64,000 bases of DNA, taken from NCBI GenBank assembly GCA_050253415.1, contig JBFWJC010000001.1, forward strand, positions 1,160,679 through 1,224,678, written 5' to 3'. The notes under the pieces were generated by a model that saw only the letters and a list, made by a program, of their open reading frames with translations, did not search any database and was not told where the DNA came from. Both the position numbers and the translations under genes were made by a program. Below are positions 19,537 through 29,940 of this stretch, one piece after another (the stretch's first letter is position 1; every line of letters starts with the position of its first letter). Origin of the DNA: Pedobacter sp. GTDB taxonomy: Bacteria; Desulfobacterota; Desulfuromonadia; Desulfuromonadales; Syntrophotaleaceae.

Positions 19537-21810
19537 TTATTCCTTTGGCAGGTGCTGGTTTTCTTTGGTGTTTGAAGAGCTATTGATCGGCAGTTCTATA
19601 ATGAATTTGGTGCCTTTGGGTTGGTTGTCCTTTACCCGTATATACCCGTTATGATCAGCGATGATGGTTGCCACTATGGCGAGACCCAGTCCTGTTCCTG
19701 ATTTTTTAGTTGAAAAATAAGGCTCAAACAGACGGGGTTTATCCGCTGTGGGTATGCCGCAACCGTCATCGGAAATAATGATGCTAGCCATCTGCATATC
19801 GATGTTGTATTGGGTTTCAAGCGAAATATGTCCTTCGTCGCTAATTGCACTGACGGCATTGTCCAGCATATTGATGATGGATCGCTTGATCTGATCCCGG
19901 TCGAGGTTGAAGACGGGAATCGTTGCATCCGGCTGGAATGAAAAGGTGATATGCCGGTGGGCTTCCTGATAGAGAACCAGCGCCTCACCGATAATATCAT
20001 TAAGGTTGTTGGGCGCAGGGCTGGCAGAGGGCATCTTGGCAAAATTTGAAAACTCATCAACCAGAATCTTCAGTTCATCGACCTGCTTGATAATCATATT
20101 GGTACAGTCGTCAAAGACTTTGTCGTCTTCGGGAAATCGGTCGAGGTAGCGGCGGCGCAGGCGCTGGGCCGACAAACGGATCGGTGTGAGGGGGTTTTTG
20201 ATCTCGTGGGCGATGCGCCGGGCGACCTCGCGCCATGCTGCCATGCGCTGGGCCTTGATAAGGTGGGTCAGGTCGTCGAACACAACCACCGTTCCCATGA
20301 ACTCGCCATTTTCATCACGCAGGGTGGTGAGGTTGACCAGCAAGGTAAGTTTATTGTCTTCGAGGGGGACGGTAACCTGTTTGTGCATTGAGTCTTTACC
20401 GGATTTGGCCAATTCCCGCAATAATTCGTTGATGAGGGACAGGTGTTCAGCTTTCAGAACCTGACGGAAATGGCGCCCCAGCACTTTTCCGGTCGCGATT
20501 TTTAAAAGTTTTTCAGCGGATTTGTTGATGGTCGTCACGTTTCCCTGGCGGTCAACGGAAATGACTCCGGCCGTGACGTTTTTGAGAACGATTTCCATGT
20601 AACGCCGTCGTTGGTCCAGTTCCTGGTTGGATGCGCGCAGGTGACGGTTGGCTTCGTTGATCCCATCCTGGCTTGTGCGCAGGTCGGCGGTCATCTTATT
20701 GAAGGCTTCAACCAGCAGTGCGATTTCGTCATCACTTTGGGGGGCGATGTGAACCGATAAATCACCGCCGGCGACCCTGTTCGTTGCGGTGACCAGCTCC
20801 TGAATAGGGACAGTGATGGAGCGGGCCAGATAGAAGCCGAACCACGTGGCAAGAAAGATGATTGCCAGTGCAATAATCAACAGGACCTGAATATATCCCT
20901 TTTGAATGCGCCCTTTGAGAAGCTTGGTGGTTTTGTATTGTTCAAAGGACGAAGAAATTTCCTTCATTTTGTTGACCAGTGAGTAGGGGACGTAATAATT
21001 CACCACCACCACACCTACCACGTCATTGGGGTTCCAGTTCGAAAAAACCGGCACGATACCGCGGATCAGGTCGGCTTTACCGATAGGGGTTATACGTGTG
21101 AATCGGTTGCCCTGCAAAGCCTCACGTATGGCATCGCTGCCGGGGTCGGTAAACTCTGCACTGGGGACTTGAGGATTAGAGGCACGGACAAGCTCTTCGT
21201 AGGTAGAGGAAAAGACCTCCACGACACCAAGGTTGTACTCCTGTTGCTTGTCCCGTATCAGTTGCTTTAGTTGTGGCAGGTTTTTTTCATTGAGTAGCTT
21301 CTGGTCCTTGATGAATCGTGCCAGCTGGTCACCATAATAGAGAGCGTTGGCGCCGGAGTTCTTATAGTAGGTTTGCGCGACCTCCAACGATTCGTGCAAG
21401 GAGGTTTCGATCTGGATATTGAACCAGTTTTCTATGGAATTGGAAACGAAACCCGCCGCGACGAAGAACAGCAGCAGGGTGGGGATAAGTGAGAGTGAAA
21501 CGAAAGCAACAACCAGACGGGTTCGCAGCCGTGCTCCGGGTACATTCCTGCGTCGCTCCAGAATAAGTTTGAAGACATTGCGAAATACCAGAAACAGGGT
21601 GAGGATGATCAACAGAATATTCAGGTTGATCAGCGCCAGTACCAGCAGGCTTTTGGCCACGGGGACCTGAGAAGAATACTGGTAAAGTTGCGTCTCGAAC
21701 TTCGAGAATACCACCACCAGGGCCGTAATAAGGCCGATGAGTAGCCATTCGCGCCGGCGTTTGCGTGATTCACGGTTGCTTCGTTCTGGATCGGTGGGTA
21801 TTTGGGTCAT
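19537..21810 (-). CDS. ntrY: NtrY-like HAMP/PAS sensor histidine kinase
   Basis: AWREVARRIAHEIKNPLTPI, HAMP, PAS, GTGLGL. Confidence 0.88.
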   Translation of the reverse strand: MTQIPTDPERSNRESRKRRREWLLIGLITALVVVFSKFETQLYQYSSQVPVAKSLLVLALINLNILLIILTLFLVFRNVFKLILERRRNVPGARLRTRLVVAFVSLSLIPTLLLFFVAAGFVSNSIENWFNIQIETSLHESLEVAQTYYKNSGANALYYGDQLARFIKDQKLLNEKNLPQLKQLIRDKQQEYNLGVVEVFSSTYEELVRASNPQVPSAEFTDPGSDAIREALQGNRFTRITPIGKADLIRGIVPVFSNWNPNDVVGVVVVNYYVPYSLVNKMKEISSSFEQYKTTKLLKGRIQKGYIQVLLIIALAIIFLATWFGFYLARSITVPIQELVTATNRVAGGDLSVHIAPQSDDEIALLVEAFNKMTADLRTSQDGINEANRHLRASNQELDQRRRYMEIVLKNVTAGVISVDRQGNVTTINKSAEKLLKIATGKVLGRHFRQVLKAEHLSLINELLRELAKSGKDSMHKQVTVPLEDNKLTLLVNLTTLRDENGEFMGTVVVFDDLTHLIKAQRMAAWREVARRIAHEIKNPLTPIRLSAQRLRRRYLDRFPEDDKVFDDCTNMIIKQVDELKILVDEFSNFAKMPSASPAPNNLNDIIGEALVLYQEAHRHITFSFQPDATIPVFNLDRDQIKRSIINMLDNAVSAISDEGHISLETQYNIDMQMASIIISDDGCGIPTADKPRLFEPYFSTKKSGTGLGLAIVATIIADHNGYIRVKDNQPKGTKFIIELPINSSSNTKENQHLPKE

Positions 21811-21893
21811 ACGTCAGCTCACTGCCAAGGGTAGATTAAGTATCCGATTTTAGGCCAGGATCGCTTCACTTTGCAACCATGAGGTCGTTGGGT

Positions 21894-21926
21894 AAAAAAA
21901 AAGCAGCCGGAACGGCTGCTTTTTTT
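21894..21926 (-). terminator. intrinsic terminator after lpxC
   Basis: A-run, gcagccg-gaa-cggctgc, T-run (bidirectional form). Confidence 0.85.
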
Positions 21927-21943
21927 GAAATATATGGAAGATC

Positions 21944-22873
21944 TCAGGCTTCAGAGGCAGTCGCCATTACCATCGCGGCATGCCCTGAAATGGCAAGGCT
22001 GCTATGGGAAATGCTTTCACCCGATTCGACCAGCTGCCAGCAGTCGGGGTTGGCGAGAATCTTCTCGACCATCTGATGGTTGATGTCGTGACCGGCCTTG
22101 TAAGCTTTGACATGCCCGAGCACCGGGTAACCCAGCAGGCTGAAGTCTCCTACGGCGTCCAGAATTTTATGCCGTACGCACTCGTCTTCAAATCGCACGC
22201 CACCGGGGTTGAGGATGCCGTCCTCACCGATAACCACGGCATTGTCCAGCGACCCACCGAGGGCAAGGCCGTTAGCCTTGAGATATTCAACTTCGTGTAA
22301 AAAACCGAAGGTGCGTGCCGGGGCGATATCTTTTCGGAACGATTCACCGGTAACCTTGACGGCACGGTGCTGCAGGCCAATGCAGGGGTGATCAAAAGCA
22401 ATGTCGAAGGTGATGCGAAAAAACCGCGATGGAATGATGCTGACACGTTTTTCGCCGTCGACCAGAGTGATTGGTTTGCGAATGGCCAGATATTTACGGC
22501 GTTTTTCCTGAGTCTGGTTGCCAGTCTCCTGCAGCAATGCGACAAAAGGAGCAGCGCTGCCATCCATGACGGGAACTTCAGGGCCATCGATATCGATATG
22601 CAGGTTGTCGATGCCGCAGGCCGATAAGGCCGCCATGAGGTGTTCAATAGTTGAAACGCTTACACCCTCTTTGCCGATGACGGTCGCGAGGCGAGTGTCA
22701 ACCACGTTGGCGGAGATAGCAGGTATGGAAACCCGACGTTCGCCATCAATGCGGTGAAAGATGATGCCGTTGTCAGCCTCGGCCGGTCGCAGCGTCATGG
22801 TGATCAGGCGACCGGTGTGCAGGCCAATGCCGGAAATTGTCAAAGCGCGCTTGATGGTCGATTGGTTTATCAT
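21944..22873 (-). CDS. lpxC: UDP-3-O-acyl-N-acetylglucosamine deacetylase
   Basis: GIGLHTG, TIEHL, DGSA, ARTFGF, HKILD. Confidence 0.97.
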   Translation of the reverse strand: MINQSTIKRALTISGIGLHTGRLITMTLRPAEADNGIIFHRIDGERRVSIPAISANVVDTRLATVIGKEGVSVSTIEHLMAALSACGIDNLHIDIDGPEVPVMDGSAAPFVALLQETGNQTQEKRRKYLAIRKPITLVDGEKRVSIIPSRFFRITFDIAFDHPCIGLQHRAVKVTGESFRKDIAPARTFGFLHEVEYLKANGLALGGSLDNAVVIGEDGILNPGGVRFEDECVRHKILDAVGDFSLLGYPVLGHVKAYKAGHDINHQMVEKILANPDCWQLVESGESISHSSLAISGHAAMVMATASEA

Positions 22874-22928
22874 GAAACGTCCCTCTTATGTAGTGAGTGC
22901 GGAAGTGTTTATTTTTATTCTGTAACAA

Positions 22929-22943
22929 GCAAGGGGCGTGCCA
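22929..22943 (-). promoter_or_regulatory. sigma54 (-24/-12) promoter of lpxC
   Basis: Minus strand TGGCACG-CCCC-TTGC, an exact match to the TGGCACG-N4-TTGC consensus. Confidence 0.8.
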
Positions 22944-23058
22944 CTTTTGTTTAGTGGGGTAACTAGCCGATAATATAGGTTTGTCTGTAGCTTTGAGTTG
23001 CTGAGGAGGGGGTTGTGATCGTGGTTATTAAACCCACTGTGGTATTGTGGCCACAGTG

Positions 23059-24750
23059 CTACAGTCGACCGGAGCGTAATATGGCGACTGCCAGCCAGAG
23101 GCCAAGCACGGCGGCAATAGTGTAACCGAGGAATCCCAACACCGGGAATCCCATCACCAGGGGCCCTTTATCAACTTGCATGATAAGTGATGATCCTACG
23201 ATCAGGGCGCTGATCAACATGCTGAAAGACAGGCGGTTGCTTGATTTGTCGAGGTCGGTGATGAGCTGATTGAGCCCGCGATGTTCGAGATTTATTTTAA
23301 AGCGATTGCGATTGATGCGCAACAACAAGGTGCGCAGGTCTCGTGGTAGCTTACGCAGCAGGGTGCCGTATTCTTCTGCAACATTCTTCATGTCTTTGGC
23401 CAGGTAGGACGGGGACAGGCGTTCCCGGGCAAGACGTTCCATGAAAGGTTTAAGATGGTGAACCATGTTGAAGTCAGGATCCAACTGCCTGCCGATGCCC
23501 TCCATGGTGATAAGCGCCCGGGTCAATAGCAGCAAATCGGGCGGCACGCCGATGCGAAACTGAACGAGAATATTGATAAGGTCGGTGAGCAACCGACCGG
23601 TATTGATTTCCTGCAGCGGCACTTCATAGTAATCATCGATAAAGTCGGATACTACCTTTTTCAGGTCTGCAATGATCGGGTCTTCCTCCCGTGCGCCCGA
23701 TTCAAGCAGAAGTCGGGTAACTTTTTCGACATCACGATCAAGGATCCCTGTAAGCAAGTCGACCAGTTGATACTTCAGTGTGCGATCAAGGCGACCAACC
23801 ATTCCGTAATCGAGAAAACACACAACCGGGCCGGGCAATATGTAAATATTCCCCGGATGGGGGTCGCCGTGGAACAGCCCATGCTCCAGGACCTGTTTGA
23901 GGAGGGCATTCGCACCATAGCGCGCAATCGTTGTCAGGTCATGTCCGGTGCTGTGCAGTTTTTCAAAGTTGCTGACTTTTATTCCTTCGATAAATTCCAT
24001 GGTCAGGACCGTCTCACCGCACAGGTCCCGGTACAGGTGGGGAACATGAAAGGTCGAATCGCCGACAAAATTGGCGGCAAATCGCTCGATTGTGTGTCCC
24101 TCACGCGTAAAATTGAGTTCGCGCTGAATGCTGCGGCGGAATTCTTTGACCAGCGCAACCGGGGTGTAGAATTGAAGGGCTGGGAGATGATGTTCGGCGA
24201 GAGATGCCAGGCTCATGAGAATATCGAGGTCGGTGGCAACAATTTGTTCTATATCGGGCCGCCGAACTTTAACTGCAACCTGTATCCCATCGGGCAGCGC
24301 AGCTTTGTACACCTGGGCAATGGATGCGGCAGCCAGGGGAGTCTTGTCAAAGTGTGAAAATAATTCCGGGATGGGGGCTTCAAGTTCTTGTTCGATCTGT
24401 TGACGGGCCAGCTCGAACGGAAACGCTGGGATGTCATCTTGCAGACGGCTGAACTCAGCAATGTATTCTGGAGGGAAAACGTCCGGTCGGGTGGAAAGCA
24501 GTTGTCCGAATTTGATAAAAGTGGGGCCAAGCTCTTCCATGGCCAATCGCAAACGCAAGGCCGGAGTCTGTCGTCGTGCTGCCCTGGCTTTAGAGCCTCC
24601 GGTGAAGATTTGGCGGCTGCGTTGCAGTACGAAGCGGATTTGCAGTTGATCCAGGACTTGTCCAAAGCCGTACTTAAGCAATGTGCCCAGAATCTGGCGA
24701 TAGCGGCGCAACGAGCGGATATTGCGGTTGAGTCGGCGTAGGTTCAGCAT
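23059..24750 (-). CDS. UbiB/AarF/ABC1 family kinase-like protein
   Basis: LGPTFIKFGQ, AAASIAQV, VAVKV, HGDPHPGN, DYG, C-terminal TM helices. Confidence 0.93.
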   Translation of the reverse strand: MLNLRRLNRNIRSLRRYRQILGTLLKYGFGQVLDQLQIRFVLQRSRQIFTGGSKARAARRQTPALRLRLAMEELGPTFIKFGQLLSTRPDVFPPEYIAEFSRLQDDIPAFPFELARQQIEQELEAPIPELFSHFDKTPLAAASIAQVYKAALPDGIQVAVKVRRPDIEQIVATDLDILMSLASLAEHHLPALQFYTPVALVKEFRRSIQRELNFTREGHTIERFAANFVGDSTFHVPHLYRDLCGETVLTMEFIEGIKVSNFEKLHSTGHDLTTIARYGANALLKQVLEHGLFHGDPHPGNIYILPGPVVCFLDYGMVGRLDRTLKYQLVDLLTGILDRDVEKVTRLLLESGAREEDPIIADLKKVVSDFIDDYYEVPLQEINTGRLLTDLINILVQFRIGVPPDLLLLTRALITMEGIGRQLDPDFNMVHHLKPFMERLARERLSPSYLAKDMKNVAEEYGTLLRKLPRDLRTLLLRINRNRFKINLEHRGLNQLITDLDKSSNRLSFSMLISALIVGSSLIMQVDKGPLVMGFPVLGFLGYTIAAVLGLWLAVAILRSGRL

Positions 24751-25079
24751 GCGGAGGGGGTGTCATCTTCCTTGCCCCGGCGCATTTTATGAATATCCTT
24801 TTCGAGGGTCTGGATTTTTTTGGCCAAACGATGGAGTTCTTCCTTGCTGACCAGGCCTATGTCCTCACAGGCCCTGCGTACTTCCTCGCGGGCCACTTCC
24901 TCAAGTCTCTGCTGGTTGTTTCTCGCTGTATCTGTGAGCAGCTTAAGCAGTTCCTGTCCTTTTTCCTCGCTCAGGTTGAGTTTGCTCTTCAGCTCGACCG
25001 CCAATTCTTCGGCCTTTTTCTGGGTGAGCGTAAGTGCGCCGAGTGCAGTCAAAAGTGATTTTTCAATAAGTTCGATCAT
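24744..25079 (-). CDS. phasin-like small helical protein
   Basis: Amphipathic/coiled-coil sequence overlapping the ubiB-like start, a known gene pairing. Confidence 0.65.
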   Translation of the reverse strand: MIELIEKSLLTALGALTLTQKKAEELAVELKSKLNLSEEKGQELLKLLTDTARNNQQRLEEVAREEVRRACEDIGLVSKEELHRLAKKIQTLEKDIHKMRRGKEDDTPSAC

Positions 25080-25147
25080 CGTTTAGACCCCCTTGTGTTT
25101 ATTCATTGGAAACACTGAAATTTTAACACAGCGGCCAGCCCCTGCAA

Positions 25148-26110
25148 TCATGCATCGCGTAGCGCACGCAATTGCGGGAGCACCGAGCGGGCAGCCTTTT
25201 CGCCTGCAGCGATGGCCTCAATTGCGCGGTGGAATTCAAGCATGGTGAGGTCCTCAAAATCGGGCCAGATCAAAACATCGGCATGGAGGCGTTCCAGCTG
25301 CAAGGCATTGATGCGGTTTTCCATGATCGCAACGCTGCGGGAGCAGATGCTGAAAATATTGGGCGGTTTGCGATTGCGTGGGTGTGACTCTTTTTCCGCA
25401 TTGTTTTCCTGTCGCCAGATATCGCCGCAGAGCTTTTCGATATTTGCCGCAGTAAAAAAATGGCGTAGTCTGGAAGGTTCTATGCGTTGTTTGCCTTTGG
25501 AAGGTAGAAACGCTTCCGCGCTCGGTTGCTGGACCCGGGGGATGGTGCAGACGCCGATGACCTTTGCCGCGCCCATCTGGTAGGCCACATCCAATGGTAC
25601 CGGATTGGTAAGGCCTCCATCGACCAGGAAACGATCCCCGAAGGGGACGGGGGTGAATATTCCGGGAAACGCGATGGCGGCTCGCAGGCCTTCTAGCAGA
25701 TTTCCTTTGCGGATGATCAGGGCCTCGCCGGTTTCCACATCCGTGGCGGTGATAGCCAGGGGAATACGCAGTTCCTCAAAGGTGGAAACGGGCAACAGTT
25801 CTTCAAGAAAGGTGGCCACGCGCTTACCATCCATTAATCCCGATGTCGGCAGGGTCGGATCGATAAGGCGTGCCAATGCACGCCAGTCCAGATCCCGCAT
25901 GACCTCCTCCATGCGATGAACGGAGACGCCTGCGGCGTAGAGAGCTCCCAACGCCGCACCGATTGATGTGCCGGCGATAAGGTCCACGGGGATCCCCTCA
26001 TCTTTCAGGACCTTGAGGACCCCGATATGGGCCAGCCCGCGTGCCGCGCCGCTACCAAGAGCCAGTGCTATTTGAGGGCGGGGTTTTGTCATAAGCCTCT
26101 GTACCGACAT
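25148..26110 (-). CDS. patatin-like phospholipase (RssA-like)
   Basis: GSGAARG, GTSIG, DGG motifs. Confidence 0.92.
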   Translation of the reverse strand: MSVQRLMTKPRPQIALALGSGAARGLAHIGVLKVLKDEGIPVDLIAGTSIGAALGALYAAGVSVHRMEEVMRDLDWRALARLIDPTLPTSGLMDGKRVATFLEELLPVSTFEELRIPLAITATDVETGEALIIRKGNLLEGLRAAIAFPGIFTPVPFGDRFLVDGGLTNPVPLDVAYQMGAAKVIGVCTIPRVQQPSAEAFLPSKGKQRIEPSRLRHFFTAANIEKLCGDIWRQENNAEKESHPRNRKPPNIFSICSRSVAIMENRINALQLERLHADVLIWPDFEDLTMLEFHRAIEAIAAGEKAARSVLPQLRALRDA

Positions 26111-26274
26111 GGAGGGTTTCCGGATGCCGAGGTGTTTCCGCGTGGTTCGGTCGCACCTCGAATTTCTGTCGGAGCGTTTAATAGTGCTCTGTGTGGTCAG
26201 GTTTTTCCTGAAGGGTACGCTTCAAGGGTATCGCAGGCAAGCTGCGGAGGCAAGTGTGGGAGCCGTGGATAAGA

Positions 26275-28644
26275 TCAGGTGCCGGAAATCAAATGCCAGG
26301 GGGGGAGGGCTTGTTTTTGCCATAGCTTTTCAACCAGCGCTTTAGCGGTTTGTGGGTCGGCTTGCCTGCGGAATACCTCCTTGACCAGACTGCTACGCAA
26401 TTTACGCAAATCCGCGCGGTATCGATCAAGGATTGAGGAGGCAATAGTGCGATCAACCGGCAGATCCACCTTCCCGCAGCGCAACGCGGAGATGAGCTCA
26501 AGGGCTTGAGCTGTCTCCATGCCTTCGACCTGCAATGTGTGCCCTCCGGCTTCCTGCAGTTCGATAGTGCCGAAGAACTCCCCGGCGAGAGTCAAGGGGG
26601 CATCAAAACTGTAGGTACGCATTTCGGGGCGGTAGTAATCGTAGAGATAATGATCGGGAAACAGCGGGATGCCATCCATAAAAACCAGTTGGGCAACCGT
26701 TTCCATAAGATCTTGTTCGGTCAGATCGTGGTCGCGGTTGTCGCTGGCTTCGTTGGGTGCGGGTTTGACCGGCACTGGAAAATCCGCTTCCGTACCGAGC
26801 CACAATGACAGCTCCTGGTCGAGCAGTGCCGTGGAGGGCTCTCCTGCGCTTTTTGGCTGAAGTTTCAGCAGATTTTCCAGGGCTGTTTTACTTGGCAAAG
26901 GAAGGCCTTGTCGCAACACTTCAGTGCGCAAGGCGGAGCGGCGCGGCAGTGCTCGTCCACCGCTGGTAACGTGCCAGAGATAGCGACCAAGACTGGACCG
27001 GGAAAAGAGGAATATTCCTTCCACGGGTAGCTTTGACCAGGTTTGCTGGGTAGGGATGGAAAGCCTTGCATCATCGATCATGGCCCACACATCCTCAGGC
27101 AAAATCAGTGCCAGCGGCAACAAGGAAATGTGTCCCTGATGTAGCTGAGCATTGGTAATACAGCGAGACTGTCGGGGATGTTCCACCACAATAGAAGTAT
27201 CTGGTTGCTGCCCCTTGCAAAATTGCAGACACAGGCTGTGGTCTGTTTCCCATACCTTTTCCAGGGTGCTGGTTTCCAGGATCAGCCCAAGCAGTTGACG
27301 TCCGTAGCTGCTGGCCAGCCAGCGTGGTGGTGTAGCCAGGCTGAAACTTGCTCCTTCTGCACCAATTCCCAGCAGGTGTAACAGGTGCCAGGTCCATTGG
27401 GGGGCTCTAGGCGGAAAGCGAAAACGCCGTGCCGGCCATGAAAGTCTCAATTGTGCGGCCAGCGATTGCCGCTCGGTGGTGGTGGGCAATCGGCCGTCCA
27501 TGAGGGTGCCGCAGATATGGTCCGGCGCAGGCCCGGGGGGAATGGTCATCGGATCGGCGGAGTAACCGAGAGGGGGCGAAAGCTTATAACCCTGGCGCAA
27601 TAGTGATTGCAATGCCAGCATCGCGGGACTGGCTACAATCATCTGAGGCGTATTTGTGTCCAGGATGCCGTTGGGGTGAATCAGTAAGACTGTTGAGGAG
27701 CCAGGCTTTATGGGGGCGGGGAGGGGGCATCCGCCAAGCTCTGAGGCTACCTTTTTTTGCAGAATCTCCAGCGCCTGAAGGGTGCCTTCAGGGTTTCGGG
27801 CCATCCCCAGTTGGGTCAATCGGTGCAGCAGCAGATGCAGACTTACCAGGGCTTCTTCCGGGAGGTCGATTTCGGTTGGCCGTCTTCGCATGGTTCGGGG
27901 CAGTACAGACGGCAGCTTGCCGATAGCATCATCCACTGCCGCCTCTAGTTTTGCGGGTTGTACGGCCTTTGGCAGCGCATCGTACAGGGCCAGGGCGATA
28001 ATGCGAGTTAATGTCAGCATGGCTTTGCCAAGAGCCTGTCGCTCGGCGGAATAGCCGGTTTGCTCGTTGTTATCCATCCCCCGATGGATGCGATAGTGCT
28101 CGGTCAGCGGTGCCAGAAGTGATAACAAGGTGGCGCGCGACAAGTTGGCAAGATAGTAGGGGGATAGTTTGTCCGGCGAAACCGCACCCAGGACACTGAA
28201 GGTTTTCATCTCCTCCATCAATGCCATGAGGGCTTCGTGAAAGTCCACCGGACCAGGGTTCGGGCTGCGCCCGATAGGAAGTGTTTTGACTTTTTCCCAA
28301 TTGTTCAGGCGGAGTTGCCACAGGGCTATTTCGTTGACGCCCCAGGCTACATAATAGTTGAGACCGAGGGCGTCGGCACAAAGCTGACCTTGGGGCAGGG
28401 GCTCGGGCTCATCCCTGTCGGGAAAGAAAATAGCTCCTCCGGCCATATGACTGTCGCGATTGATCCAGAATACCAAGGGGGGGGTGATTTCACCCGCTTC
28501 GGTGAGCAGGGGGGCAAATGTTTCAACTCTGCGGAAGGGTGAACGCCCGCCAGTGATGAACTCTTTTGCCCACAGGGCCAACTGCTGTGCAAGTTGGCGA
28601 AGAGTATCTTGATCCATTTTTGAGGATTTCTCGGGGATTTTCAT
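26275..28644 (-). CDS. large hypothetical protein, possible degenerate Type IIG restriction-methyltransferase fold
   Basis: Open reading frame of 789 aa directly downstream of ruvB; see findings. Confidence 0.7.
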   Translation of the reverse strand: MKIPEKSSKMDQDTLRQLAQQLALWAKEFITGGRSPFRRVETFAPLLTEAGEITPPLVFWINRDSHMAGGAIFFPDRDEPEPLPQGQLCADALGLNYYVAWGVNEIALWQLRLNNWEKVKTLPIGRSPNPGPVDFHEALMALMEEMKTFSVLGAVSPDKLSPYYLANLSRATLLSLLAPLTEHYRIHRGMDNNEQTGYSAERQALGKAMLTLTRIIALALYDALPKAVQPAKLEAAVDDAIGKLPSVLPRTMRRRPTEIDLPEEALVSLHLLLHRLTQLGMARNPEGTLQALEILQKKVASELGGCPLPAPIKPGSSTVLLIHPNGILDTNTPQMIVASPAMLALQSLLRQGYKLSPPLGYSADPMTIPPGPAPDHICGTLMDGRLPTTTERQSLAAQLRLSWPARRFRFPPRAPQWTWHLLHLLGIGAEGASFSLATPPRWLASSYGRQLLGLILETSTLEKVWETDHSLCLQFCKGQQPDTSIVVEHPRQSRCITNAQLHQGHISLLPLALILPEDVWAMIDDARLSIPTQQTWSKLPVEGIFLFSRSSLGRYLWHVTSGGRALPRRSALRTEVLRQGLPLPSKTALENLLKLQPKSAGEPSTALLDQELSLWLGTEADFPVPVKPAPNEASDNRDHDLTEQDLMETVAQLVFMDGIPLFPDHYLYDYYRPEMRTYSFDAPLTLAGEFFGTIELQEAGGHTLQVEGMETAQALELISALRCGKVDLPVDRTIASSILDRYRADLRKLRSSLVKEVFRRQADPQTAKALVEKLWQKQALPPWHLISGT

Positions 28645-28690
28645 TGTTTCGACAAAACGTGAAAGGAGGTGAGCCCGTAAGCAGCTGGCA

Positions 28691-29716
28691 TCAATTGAAC
28701 AGTTCCCCGGATATTTTGCTCCGAGGTGTTTGACGCTGAAAATGACGATAAGCAAGCTCGGTGGCCATGCGACCACGCGGTGTTCTGTTCAGGTAGCCGT
28801 TTTGCAACAAGTAGGGTTCGATGACATCCTCAATGGTATCTTTTTCTTCTCCGACGGCTGCCGCCAATGTTTCCAGACCTACCGGGCCGCCGGCAAATTT
28901 ATCGATGATGGCCAACAACAGCAGCCGGTCCATGTGATCCAGGCCGCAGTTGTCAACTTCAAGACGCGACAGAGCAAGGTCGGCGATGGCGCGGGTAATG
29001 ACGCCATCTCCCTTAACCTGGGCAAAATCCCGCACCCGTCGCAAAAGACGATTCGTGATGCGCGGCGTGCCCCGGCTGCGGCGGGCGATTTCAATCTGAC
29101 CCTCTTTTTCAATCGGGATGTCCAGCAGCCGAGCACTGCGGCCGGCAATGGTGGCAAGCTCATCGTGGGTATAAAACTCCAACCGGCAGATAACTCCGAA
29201 TCGATCGCGCAGAGGCGATGACAGCAAGCCGGCCCGGGTCGTTGCTCCAACCAGGGTGAAACGGGGGATATCGAGTTTTATGGTTCGTGCCGAGGGGCCC
29301 TGACCGATGATAATGTCCAACTGATAGTCTTCCATGGCCGGATAGAGAATCTCTTCAACCACGGGTGACAACCGATGGATCTCATCGATGAACAGGACGT
29401 CGCCTTCGGATAGGTTGGTCAGAATAGCAGCAAGATCCCCCGGTTTTTCGATGACGGGCCCGGAGGTACTTTTGATACTGACCCCCATTTCACTGGCGAC
29501 AATGTTGGCCAAGGTGGTTTTTCCAAGGCCTGGCGGTCCGTAAAATAGTACGTGGTCGAGAGATTCCTGGCGCCCGCGGGCCGCATCGATGAAAACCTGC
29601 AGATTCTCCTTGGCTTTGCTCTGGCCTATGTATTCCGCCAGGACGCGGGGGCGCAATGATGCTTCGCAGCGATCTTCTTCGCTGGTGAAATCGGGTGTAA
29701 CGAATCGCTCGGTCAT
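28691..29716 (-). CDS. ruvB: Holliday junction branch migration helicase RuvB
   Basis: [24 protein letters not shown]. Confidence 0.98.
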   Translation of the reverse strand: MTERFVTPDFTSEEDRCEASLRPRVLAEYIGQSKAKENLQVFIDAARGRQESLDHVLFYGPPGLGKTTLANIVASEMGVSIKSTSGPVIEKPGDLAAILTNLSEGDVLFIDEIHRLSPVVEEILYPAMEDYQLDIIIGQGPSARTIKLDIPRFTLVGATTRAGLLSSPLRDRFGVICRLEFYTHDELATIAGRSARLLDIPIEKEGQIEIARRSRGTPRITNRLLRRVRDFAQVKGDGVITRAIADLALSRLEVDNCGLDHMDRLLLLAIIDKFAGGPVGLETLAAAVGEEKDTIEDVIEPYLLQNGYLNRTPRGRMATELAYRHFQRQTPRSKISGELFN

Positions 29717-29940
29717 ACTAGCCTGTCTGCGGGATATCGTATTCAGGTTTATCGGTGGAATATATAAATAAACCAGGCGGGTGCGTGCCATCGGGCACCA
29801 GCCACAAACGATCTTTGGGCGGTATCACTTTCAGCCAAATACCGTATGCAAAACCACCCCTGTTACGTTTTAGAATACAGGGATTAGCATTTCATTCAAA
29901 GGAAAAATTCTCCCGTTGTCAGCCTTGAAAATTCTGTGTA

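Noticed and set aside
29777..29791. TGGCACG sigma54-like motif upstream of ruvB
   Set aside because: The GC lies one base off the required GG-N10-GC spacing and there is no TTGC
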